Shown: positions 1-7,087 of the stretch, piece by piece
Layout: each line of letters starts with the position of its first letter
Position numbering within the stretch: position 1 is the first letter of the stretch
Source: an uncultured virus (IMG/VR IMGVR_UViG_3300050581_000203)
Lineage: Duplodnaviria > Heunggongvirae > Uroviricota > Caudoviricetes
Length of the DNA stretch: 20,000 nt
IMG/VR virus record: IMGVR_UViG_3300050581_000203
Direction: 5' to 3' (one strand)
Translations under genes and position numbers: made by a program
Notes under the pieces: generated by a model
Databases searched by the model: none
What the model was told of the DNA's origin: nothing
Seen by the model: the letters and a program-made list of their open reading frames with translations, nothing else

Positions 1-2
1 AC

Positions 3-953
3 AACGCCGCATGGGTCACCCAGGCCTTCGAGCGCTACGCGATGGGGCAGGCCAGCGACATGGACATCGCGCGTTGGCTGAACAACCACGGCGTGCGCAC
101 GTCCTATGGGCGCCCATTTAGCAAAGATACCGTGCGCGTCATGTTGAAGAACAAGTTCTACGCCGGCTTCGTGGCCTATCGCGGCCTGAGCAACGAGTGG
201 ACTGAGGACGGCCATCGCAAGCGTAACCCGCGCTCCAAGACGATCTGGACGCGCGGGGCGCATCAGCCCATCGTCAGCGAGGAACTCTACGAGCGCTGCC
301 AGGCGATGCGCCGCGACCAGGCCAAGCGCCAGGTGGGCCGGCGTCCGGCCGAGAAGCACGTCTATCTCCTCAATGGGCTGGCCATTTGCGCTAAGTGCGG
401 CAAGAAGCTCGGTTGTTCGACCGGTAGCGGCAACACAAAAGAGAACTATCGCTGCAAAAGCCGCGAACGCGGGATCGAATGCTCGGCGCGCCAGAGCTAC
501 GTCCAACAGGCGAAGCTTGTTTCCTACATCGATGACATGATCGAGCAGCTCCAGTTGTCGGAGGAAATTATCGACAAGGCGGTCGAACTGTCGCAATCCG
601 AAGAGACGGCCCACGCTTCCGAGAAACGCCACGCCGAACTGAACGCAGAGCTGCGTCGCCTGAGCGTCATGTTTCAGAAGGGTGGGGTGAATGAGGACTA
701 TTACGACGCCGAGTTGAAGCGCATTCAAGCCGAAATCGCGGCGCTGGCGCCGGTCGAACCCCGCGACATCAAGCGAGCGGCGCAAATCATCGACGGGCTC
801 TACGACGCCTGGAAAGTCATGAGTAACGAAGAGAAAAGCGCCACGCTCCACACGCTTTTGTCGGGGGTCGTGGTGGACGTCGACGCCGGGGCTGTTGTAG
901 AATGGCAGCCACGGCGCGAGTTCGCGCAGCTTTTTGCGGCGATTCGGCTATGA
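3..953 (+). CDS. Large serine recombinase (recombinase + zinc-ribbon domains), 5'-truncated by the window edge
   Basis: The frame is open from position 3 (NAAWVTQAFERYAMG). Motifs IARWLN..G.RT, FSKDTVRVMLKNKFYAG, GAHQPIVSEELYERCQ, YLLNGLAICAKCG and YRC..C. Clear paralog of the 817-2517 LSR. Confidence 0.93.
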   Translation, partial: NAAWVTQAFERYAMGQASDMDIARWLNNHGVRTSYGRPFSKDTVRVMLKNKFYAGFVAYRGLSNEWTEDGHRKRNPRSKTIWTRGAHQPIVSEELYERCQAMRRDQAKRQVGRRPAEKHVYLLNGLAICAKCGKKLGCSTGSGNTKENYRCKSRERGIECSARQSYVQQAKLVSYIDDMIEQLQLSEEIIDKAVELSQSEETAHASEKRHAELNAELRRLSVMFQKGGVNEDYYDAELKRIQAEIAALAPVEPRDIKRAAQIIDGLYDAWKVMSNEEKSATLHTLLSGVVVDVDAGAVVEWQPRREFAQLFAAIRL

Positions 954-2517
954 GAACCTTAAAACTCTCCCCAATTTCGGAAATTTCCCCCAGTAGATAT
1001 AGGAGAATGCAACGCCCGTCGCGTCCGCTAATTGCTTTATCACTGAATGCCGCCACACACAGGGCGGCATATTCTTTTTTCGGCATAAGGCCAACGATCC
1101 TCCTGGTGTCCAAATCCACCTCCACTTGCTCGAAGATACAGCCCACGATGTCGGCTTGCTCTTCCGGCGTTGCGTTCTGCCACAAGCGCGCCATGTCACC
1201 CAACGCCTCAATCGCGGCTTGCGTGTCCGTGTGATGCACCGGCATTGCCAGGCGCGCCAACTCGCTCTTGATGCGTTTCGTCTCAGCGTCGTAGTAGTCA
1301 TCGGCCAGGTTGCCCGCCTGGTACATGCGGTTCACCCGCTGTAACTCGGCCTCCAACCTGCCCCGCTGCTTTTCAATCGCCGCCGTGGGGTCATCGGCTG
1401 TAATCAACGCGGTCGCCTGGGCCTTGATGTCATCGGGCAGTTGTAAGCGGGCCATGATGTGCGCCAGGTCATCCAGCAAAACATTCTCCTGGATCACGCG
1501 GTACGTCGCTCCGCACTGGGTGCCCCGCTCTTTGGCCGTGCAACGGTAATACTTGACGCCGGCGTTCATCGTAAGCGCCCTCAACGGCCCGCCACAGTGT
1601 GCGCAGTGGGCCACGCGGGAAAGTAGATAAACGCGGCTCTGTGCTGGTTTGCGCCCGGCATAGCTATGCCCTCGCGCTGCGCGTATTGCTTGGCACTTCT
1701 CGAACAATTCACGGCTGATAAGCGGCTCATGTACGCCTGGAATTACTTTCGTTTCGCGCTTGCTGCGGCGCATCCGCTCCCGATGTTCGTTCTCACGATC
1801 CACAAGCCCACGGTAGCGCACATCGCCGCAGTAAAACGGATTCATGAGCATGGCGCGTACCGTGTCTTTGCTGAATGGCCGGCTGCCCCATGTGCCGCGT
1901 GTTACCTTGCCCTGGGCGTTAAGCCACTCGGCAATCTGCAAGTCACTGTAGTCGCCGGTCGCGTATCGCTCGAACATCTCGCGCGCCGTGTCCGCCTCAG
2001 CGTCCGGCACGTCGTGGCCGCTGGCGTCCCTGGTGTAGCCGAATGCCGGTATCGTGGCATTGCTAAGCCCCTTGCGTGCCCTGCCTAGCTTGCCCTTCGT
2101 CGTCTCGCCGATCAGGTTGCGCCGGTACATGCGCGCAAAGGCAAGCAACAACGTCAGCATGACTTCGCCCATCGGCGTGCTGAAATCAAAATCCTCGGTT
2201 GCGGAGATGAACGCCACGCCGTAACGTGCCAGGCCCTTGAGCACGGTCAACCCATCCACCACATCGCGGCTGAGTCTATCCAGCTTGTGAGTCACGATGA
2301 TTGCGAAGCGTCCGGCCTCCGCATCGGCGATCATGGCCTGGAACTGTTCGCGGTCGGTCACGTTCTTTGCGCTTTCGACTTCCGTGTACTCGGCCTCAAC
2401 CGCAAAGTCACGCCGCTTGCAAAACTCGCGGCACTGGTAAAGCTGTTCATCCAGCGAGTGCCCATCGCGCTGTTCTTCGCTACTCACCCGCACGTAAATT
2501 GCTGCCCGCTTAGGCAT
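817..2517 (-). CDS. Large serine integrase of element 1 (reads through the att core)
   Basis: Likely start MPKRAAIYVRVSSEEQ (catalytic Ser; RBS GAGGAAGG). Motifs HKLDRLSR, AFGY, GVHEPLISRELF, AHCAHCG and YYRC. The C-terminal SGRDG is encoded by the att core. Confidence 0.95.
   Translation of the reverse strand: MPKRAAIYVRVSSEEQRDGHSLDEQLYQCREFCKRRDFAVEAEYTEVESAKNVTDREQFQAMIADAEAGRFAIIVTHKLDRLSRDVVDGLTVLKGLARYGVAFISATEDFDFSTPMGEVMLTLLLAFARMYRRNLIGETTKGKLGRARKGLSNATIPAFGYTRDASGHDVPDAEADTAREMFERYATGDYSDLQIAEWLNAQGKVTRGTWGSRPFSKDTVRAMLMNPFYCGDVRYRGLVDRENEHRERMRRSKRETKVIPGVHEPLISRELFEKCQAIRAARGHSYAGRKPAQSRVYLLSRVAHCAHCGGPLRALTMNAGVKYYRCTAKERGTQCGATYRVIQENVLLDDLAHIMARLQLPDDIKAQATALITADDPTAAIEKQRGRLEAELQRVNRMYQAGNLADDYYDAETKRIKSELARLAMPVHHTDTQAAIEALGDMARLWQNATPEEQADIVGCIFEQVEVDLDTRRIVGLMPKKEYAALCVAAFSDKAISGRDGRCILLYLLGEISEIGESFKVLIAESPQKAARTRAVAAILQQPRRRRPPRPPTKACGAWRFSLRYS
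1015..1028 (+). repeat. att core (junction element 0 / element 1), tRNA-Asp 3'-end-like
   Basis: CCCGTCGCGTCCGC is identical at 10086-10099. It parses as T-stem 3' strand CCCGT + acceptor strand CGCGTCC + discriminator G. Confidence 0.85.
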
Positions 2518-2761
2518 TGTTCCCTTCCTCGGTTGCTGGCACATCAGCCCCAGGTAGAAATCGCGTTGTGCCAGCACTCGTTTCAACGTGGACATTGGGC
2601 AGTGCGAGCCACAGGGCACCCTCGTGATTCATTGCATGTACTGCCAACCCCGCGTGCTGGCAGTACATGATTGCAGATTCCAAAATCTCAAGCGCCTCGA
2701 CGGGCGTGGTTGGCTTTAGTTTGGGCTTTCGCCCGCCGTCGCTTCCGTTTGTTTTGCTCAT
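2510..2761 (-). CDS. Small hypothetical protein overlapping the integrase start (possible directionality factor)
   Basis: ATG at 2761 preceded by AAAGGA; 83 aa; overlaps the LSR ATG by 8 nt. Function is inferred from position only. Confidence 0.6.
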   Translation of the reverse strand: MSKTNGSDGGRKPKLKPTTPVEALEILESAIMYCQHAGLAVHAMNHEGALWLALPNVHVETSAGTTRFLPGADVPATEEGNNA

Positions 2762-3111
2762 ACGCTCGTTTCCTTTCGTCACTCAACAGCGCGAACCGGC
2801 CACCGTAACGCGATTGCCGCCCTGTGTGCGCACCCTTGCGCCACTGCCAGAATTTGCCGCGTCGCGTAACTTCAATGCGCCATGTGCCAGCAATGGGCGT
2901 GAGTGCTGGCACATGCACAACATCGAGTGCTGGCACATGTGCGGAAAAGTCTTGAATTTCCGGCGTTTCAGCGTGATAGGCAAGTGCTGGCACATAGGCG
3001 ATTAAACTTCGGCTTTTGGGTCATCCCCAGCCTTGCGCCCATTGCGTGCCGGGCGTGCTGGCACATGTTCGGCCATTGCTGGCACATCGTCATCGTTCTG
3101 TGCTGGCACAT
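2534..3111. repeat. Dispersed 11-bp motif TGCTGGCACAT, both orientations
   Basis: Perfect + copies start at 2534, 2904, 2928, 2985, 3056, 3077 and 3101. A perfect - copy lies at 2882-2892, a 10/11 - copy at 2566-2576 and a partial copy at 2655. Confidence 0.92.
2688..2993 (-). CDS. Small basic hypothetical protein, possibly nucleic-acid binding
   Basis: WRIEVTRRGKFWQWRKG...RYGG plus a K/R-rich tail. It fills the gap in a tightly packed - strand operon; the start is uncertain. Confidence 0.55.
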   Translation of the reverse strand: MPALAYHAETPEIQDFSAHVPALDVVHVPALTPIAGTWRIEVTRRGKFWQWRKGAHTGRQSRYGGRFALLSDERKRAYEQNKRKRRRAKAQTKANHARRGA

Positions 3112-3748
3112 GCGCGGACAATTGCGCATTGCCCCGCAAGCGCGCGTTGATCTCACGCGCGTTTCGCTGGCCGTAGGCTGTGAGTGCTGCGCGGCTTTCC
3201 TCTTCGCCCAACGCCACCATGAGCGATTGCATCTTGCCGATCTGCATGGTTTGTTGGATCTTCCGTTTCTGGCGCATGATCTGAATTGCCGGGTCTGCAT
3301 CGATGACGGCTTTCCAGAAGCCCACCACAAGCGGGATCACCAGCGGCACGCCCCAAAAGCTGTATAGCTTCAGGAAGTCGTTATTGCCGGCATCACTGCC
3401 CACCAGCGCGTTAAACTCAACGACGCAATTCAGCGCCACAATCGCAAACATCGCCCACCCGAAGATTTTGGCGAGGGTGCCCTGTGTGCCATGAGCGAAC
3501 CATACGAACGACCCGAGTAGGAACGTTGCCAGGCTGCCCTCGATTAGCACGGCAGGAATGAGCCCCAGCACTTTCATGGTGTCTGGAAATGCCCGGCTGT
3601 ACAACGAAAAACTCATGTAGCCCGTGAATAGCAGGCCCACGGCAATGAGGATTGCCGCCGCTGCCTGGACAAGCGCACGCTTGCCCTTGTGGTCGTCTTC
3701 CTCCATGAGTTCGGCCACACTCGAAACCCCAACTTGTCGATCTTCCAT
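3002..3748 (-). CDS. Membrane protein (about 4 TM helices) with helical C-terminal region
   Basis: Likely start MEDRQVG at 3748. Hydrophobic segments AILIAVGLLFTGYMSF, LGLIPAVLIEGSLATFLLGSFVWF, IFGWAMFAIVALNCVV and FWGVPLVIPLVVGFW. Confidence 0.8.
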   Translation of the reverse strand: MEDRQVGVSSVAELMEEDDHKGKRALVQAAAAILIAVGLLFTGYMSFSLYSRAFPDTMKVLGLIPAVLIEGSLATFLLGSFVWFAHGTQGTLAKIFGWAMFAIVALNCVVEFNALVGSDAGNNDFLKLYSFWGVPLVIPLVVGFWKAVIDADPAIQIMRQKRKIQQTMQIGKMQSLMVALGEEESRAALTAYGQRNAREINARLRGNAQLSAHVPAQNDDDVPAMAEHVPARPARNGRKAGDDPKAEV

Positions 3749-3796
3749 CTCGCACCATCCGTAAATCCAACCCGTCGCTTGTCCATCGCGCCCCGC

Positions 3797-3851
3797 ACAA
3801 ACGACAAAGCGGGCAACCCGCCGCCTGGTGCATGGTGGCTGGCTGCCCGCT
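3797..3851 (-). terminator. Terminator/attenuator-like hairpin in the operon leader
   Basis: On the - strand, AGCGGGCAGCC...GGTTGCCCGCT is followed by TTGTCGTTTG. Same position and outer stem as 12363-12410. Confidence 0.5.
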
Positions 3852-3882
3852 CCCTGTACCCCGCACATGGGTACAATGCAGG

Positions 3883-3954
3883 TAGCCCACCGCTGCCTAA
3901 TCCAGCGTGCTGGGTCAGAGTCGCCCCGGTGCTGCGAACACCTGGGCGATTCGC
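3883..3954 (+). ncRNA. Candidate structured small RNA, copy 1
   Basis: Hairpin CGCTG-CCTAATC-CAGCG, linker TGGGTCA and 14-bp stem GAGTCGCCCCGGTG-CTGCGAA-CACCTGGGCGATTC. Homologous covarying copy at 12428-12499. Confidence 0.65.
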
Positions 3955-3991
3955 ATATTACGGAACCGATCAAAATCCCGTACAACGCGGG

Positions 3992-4020
3992 ATGCTACCG
4001 CCGCAAGTTGCCAATGTCAA
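3992..4020 (-). promoter_or_regulatory. Sigma70-type promoter for the membrane-protein/integrase operon
   Basis: TTGACA (4020-4015), 17 nt, TAGCAT (3997-3992). The -35 contains the HTH gene's TGA. Confidence 0.75.
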
Positions 4021-4247
4021 TCCTCTTTCGCAGAATGTGGGCCGAATCGCTTATCCTTTCGCGCTGTTTTCTGGTGCGCTCTCAGGTAAGCCAATAGCGA
4101 TTTCTTATCGACCATCCAGACGTTCGCAAACTTCCGGCCCGCGATCATGCCGAAGCGCAGTAGCTCGCGCAGGTGGTCATCGTTGTAGCCGGTCAGTTCG
4201 ATTGCATCGCGCAGGGTAATCCAGGTAGTTGTTTTTGCCTTTGCCAT
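4017..4247 (-). CDS. Excisionase-like HTH (HTH_17/MerR-like) DNA-binding protein
   Basis: WITLRDAIELTGYNDDHLRELLRFGMIAGRKFANVWMVDKKSLLAY; homologous to 12557-12772. TACAAT lies 7 nt before the ATG. Confidence 0.85.
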   Translation of the reverse strand: MAKAKTTTWITLRDAIELTGYNDDHLRELLRFGMIAGRKFANVWMVDKKSLLAYLRAHQKTARKDKRFGPHSAKED

Positions 4248-4380
4248 GCCGCTGATTGTAGCGTGAATATCCCACAACTGTAGGGATACCCTGTTACAGG
4301 TGTTATATGCCCAATTCACGGCTGCCATTTTTTGCCGCGCTCAGCACCGACCAGGCACCCCATAAAAAGGCCCCTGGCGT

Positions 4381-4483
4381 GCGTTTTAAGGCCCTCATTT
4401 TTCTGTTTACGATACCCAGGTCAAAAATGGCATCCAATGGGCCTTAAATCGCTTCCTGTGAGATTTATAAATTTGACCTGGGT
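4381..4483. repeat. Two interleaved inverted repeats
   Basis: GCGTTTTAAGGCCC (4381-4394) pairs with GGGCCTTAAATCGC (4439-4452) at 13/14. ACCCAGGTCAAA (4414-4425) pairs perfectly with TTTGACCTGGGT (4472-4483). Confidence 0.8.
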
Positions 4484-4509
4484 CACTCATTCGCCTCACA
4501 ATCCCGCCA

Positions 4510-4686
4510 CTACGCTGCCAACACTTCGGCAAAGTGCTGCATGAGGGCCACGTACAGGATACGCCGATCCAACGGTGCACTGCGTAACGTTTCCTCCCAC
4601 CTGCGCCGAAGGCCCTCGGCCACGGGATCCGGGCTACTGAGAATCTCAATCATCAGCATGATCGCTTTCTTGCCAGTCTCGCTCAT
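4510..4686 (-). CDS. Small hypothetical protein
   Basis: ATG at 4686 with AAGGAG RBS; 58 aa, helical-looking. Confidence 0.55.
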   Translation of the reverse strand: MSETGKKAIMLMIEILSSPDPVAEGLRRRWEETLRSAPLDRRILYVALMQHFAEVLAA

Positions 4687-5146
4687 AGTTCTCTCTCCTT
4701 GCGAGGCTTCGCAACTCTTCCGCCACCTGCGCCCGTGTATCGGGGTCTTGCACGTAGCGGACAAAGATGCCTACCGCCTCGTCGAATAATTCGGGCGGGA
4801 TCGTGTCGTGATCCTCGCTCTTGCGATTGTCGTTTTGGTACGCCACGGCCTGCGCAAGTGCAAGCCTCACGGCACCCAGGGCAACTTTTGAATCCTTGCT
4901 GTTTATCAGCTTGCGAAGGCGTTCGAGCGCCGCGCCGGACAATGCCACCAGGCCGCGCACCGATTGCGCCATCGCCTCGGCCTGCGCCCGCCGAAGGATG
5001 CCCACAAAGGCATCCTCATGCAACCACCTGCGCAAGGTCGCGTATGACACCCCCGATGCCTTCGACGCGGCCTTGATCGTCGGCTGCGTAAGCAAGGCTT
5101 CAATCGCGGCCACCTGTTGCGGCGTCAATCGTTTAGACGTACCCAT
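4646..5146 (-). CDS. Phage-type HTH protein (phBC6A51 / terminase-small-subunit-like)
   Basis: LTPQQVAAIEALL...TIKAASKASGVSYATLRRWLHEDAF followed by ALERLRKLINSKDSKVALGAVRLAL, a pattern typical of this family. Confidence 0.7.
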   Translation of the reverse strand: MGTSKRLTPQQVAAIEALLTQPTIKAASKASGVSYATLRRWLHEDAFVGILRRAQAEAMAQSVRGLVALSGAALERLRKLINSKDSKVALGAVRLALAQAVAYQNDNRKSEDHDTIPPELFDEAVGIFVRYVQDPDTRAQVAEELRSLARRENYERDWQESDHADD

Positions 5147-5180
5147 CGGAAAAGTGCTCAGAAATGCCTAAAAATATCCA

Positions 5181-5225
5181 CCCCCCCCCACTGCCCGTGG
5201 CATGGTAGAGGTCATGCCACGGGCA
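5181..5225. other. Perfect 13-bp hairpin next to a C9 run
   Basis: TGCCCGTGGCATG (5192-5204), 8-nt loop, CATGCCACGGGCA (5213-5225); CCCCCCCCC at 5181-5189. Confidence 0.8.
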
Positions 5226-5247
5226 CCGCATGAGAGATGGGAAATCG

Positions 5248-5769
5248 TCAACGATAAAGCGGCATACTCGTAATGCCGGCAAGCTGTAGCGCCACCATGC
5301 CAACGTCAAGCGAGCGCGCCGACACGTTCTGAACCCTGATGGTATTTAGCGCATGGTCAGCAATCGTATCGCGCCAAATCTGCGCAAGGTGGCGCTCAAC
5401 GGGTGCAAGCTCTTCGCGTGGATAGCGATCCGCCATGCCCATCACGATGTCATGAGCAAGCTTGTGCTCCAGCACGCGGGCGCGATCACGAAACGGCTTC
5501 AGCCGTGCGGCCAGGGCCTGCGCCTGTTTATCGAGTGCGGCCAGGTCATCGCGGATCGATTGCGCCTCAGCCCGCAACGCCTGGGCCTCGGCCTGTAGCG
5601 TAGGGTCAAGCGCTTGCATCTCCGCAACAATCTTCCCCATCCGGGCCTGACGTACGACCTCAGCGCGCAATCCTTCCAACGTCGCAGCCTGGGCCCGCAA
5701 CGCATCTAGCCGCGCTATCTCGGCCTGGGCTAGTTCGGCACGTTCGATCTGTTCTTCCAAGTAGCTCAT
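5248..5769 (-). CDS. Hypothetical coiled-coil protein
   Basis: A/E/Q/R/L-rich heptad pattern; ATGA overlap with the upstream ORF. Confidence 0.75.
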   Translation of the reverse strand: MSYLEEQIERAELAQAEIARLDALRAQAATLEGLRAEVVRQARMGKIVAEMQALDPTLQAEAQALRAEAQSIRDDLAALDKQAQALAARLKPFRDRARVLEHKLAHDIVMGMADRYPREELAPVERHLAQIWRDTIADHALNTIRVQNVSARSLDVGMVALQLAGITSMPLYR

Positions 5770-5957
5770 CGAATTTTTCCTCCATGAAACAGCGGCATTT
5801 TCGCCAACGTTTCACGCGCGAGGGAACTTAGTTCTGCCTCGCATTCGGGCTCATGCACATCGCGCAACCACAACGGGCGCTTGAATTGCCGCCGCTGTGG
5901 GAATTGCGGAATATCGCCGCCTTCGTCACTGGTCGCCATCCTGACACGAATAATCAT
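5766..5957 (-). CDS. Small hypothetical protein
   Basis: GGAGGT RBS; coupled to the downstream ORF through an ATGA overlap. Confidence 0.6.
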   Translation of the reverse strand: MIIRVRMATSDEGGDIPQFPQRRQFKRPLWLRDVHEPECEAELSSLARETLAKMPLFHGGKIR

Positions 5958-5975
5958 GTTTACCTCCGATGCGGC

Positions 5976-7070
5976 TCATTCGCGCCGCATCACAATTTGC
6001 CCTTGTGGGCCGAACGTCGGTTCATAGCCGACGTGTTCGCCCCACGCTAAAACCGCTTCTATCAGCGCGTCGTCATCGTCCGCGCCGATCAACCCGGACA
6101 CCCAGGCTCGCAGGTCGCCGCCATGCCGCCAGAAGTCCGTGATGTCCTTATCGCCTTCGCGCAGAACCGGCACGGCCACACGCTGCGCACGCCTGGTAAT
6201 ACGTGTCACGCGCGCCGCGCCGGTGTCGCCCGCCGTGTCAACGTCGTAGGCCACGATCAGCCGCGAGATAGGCAGCAAGTAGCCGGCCCAGGTGGGCACA
6301 TCCAACCCTGCCGATTGGCTGCCCAGCGTCATCACGCCGCACAGGTCGCCGGCCACCTGGTGCAGCAACATCGCATCGAATTCGCCTTCGGTCATCACGG
6401 CCACGTCATGCCCGCTCAACGTGTCCGCGCCAAATAGGGCAGGGACGGCCAGACCTTTCACGGCCAGGTACTTCGGTTTGCCTGCCGCGCGCCGCATTTT
6501 GAGATACCAAACCTCGCCATCGATGACGCCGGGGATTAGGATGCCGCAAGGGACGCTTAGCCCGGCAATCTCGCGCCATTCGCTCGGTTCACCAGGCACG
6601 TAGCCGATCTGCCAGCGTTGCAATGTTTCATCGCTCAGCCCTCGCGCATTCAGCCAGGCCCGCGCACGTGCGCCAGTGTCAGCCCATAACGCCTTGACGC
6701 CCTGGACGATGGCCTCGCACGCCGCCTCTTGCAGGTCTGCCGGTGCGTGCGTACTGCGTGCTGGGGCCTGTGTCGCCGGTGTGCTTGCCGCAAGAGGCAA
6801 CCCGGCCAGGTCTGCGCACGCCTGCGTAAAGCTCGCCGACTGCCAACGCCGGTAGAAGTCGATTGCATCGTGATACCGGCCATCGCCACAACCCCGGCAC
6901 ATCCAGCGCCACCCATCGCCGGTGTCATGCACCACAAACCGATCCTTGCCGCCACAGAACGGACACGGCCCCGCGTACCAGCCGTTGCCGGTGCGCCGCA
7001 AGGTGCCGCCCGCCTGGGCCACCAGGTCGGCCAGGTTCACACTTCGCCGCAAAGAAGTTGTGTCAACCAC
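5976..7070 (-). CDS. DNA primase (P4-type zinc ribbon + TOPRIM)
   Basis: GPCPFCGGKDRF...WMCRGC zinc ribbon; ARAWLNARGLS; TEGEFDAMLL and AYDVDTAG TOPRIM motifs. Confidence 0.92.
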   Translation of the reverse strand: MVDTTSLRRSVNLADLVAQAGGTLRRTGNGWYAGPCPFCGGKDRFVVHDTGDGWRWMCRGCGDGRYHDAIDFYRRWQSASFTQACADLAGLPLAASTPATQAPARSTHAPADLQEAACEAIVQGVKALWADTGARARAWLNARGLSDETLQRWQIGYVPGEPSEWREIAGLSVPCGILIPGVIDGEVWYLKMRRAAGKPKYLAVKGLAVPALFGADTLSGHDVAVMTEGEFDAMLLHQVAGDLCGVMTLGSQSAGLDVPTWAGYLLPISRLIVAYDVDTAGDTGAARVTRITRRAQRVAVPVLREGDKDITDFWRHGGDLRAWVSGLIGADDDDALIEAVLAWGEHVGYEPTFGPQGQIVMRRE

Positions 7071-7087
7071 TCTTGTGCCTCATAGAG

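Noticed and set aside
990..1030. Complete tRNA gene at either att core
   Set aside because: There is no T-loop (TTCGA), anticodon arm or D arm upstream of either core; only the 3' 14 nt match.
2518..2619. N-terminal extensions in the ORF track (LSR to 2619, membrane protein to 3985, HTH to 4328, helicase to 8595, ATPase from 14836)
   Set aside because: They overlap better-supported small genes or regulatory structures, and downstream starts have RBS or promoter support and match domain starts.
2881..3112. Possible CRISPR array
   Set aside because: The repeats are only 11-15 bp, irregularly spaced, in both orientations and inside ORFs; there are no cas genes.
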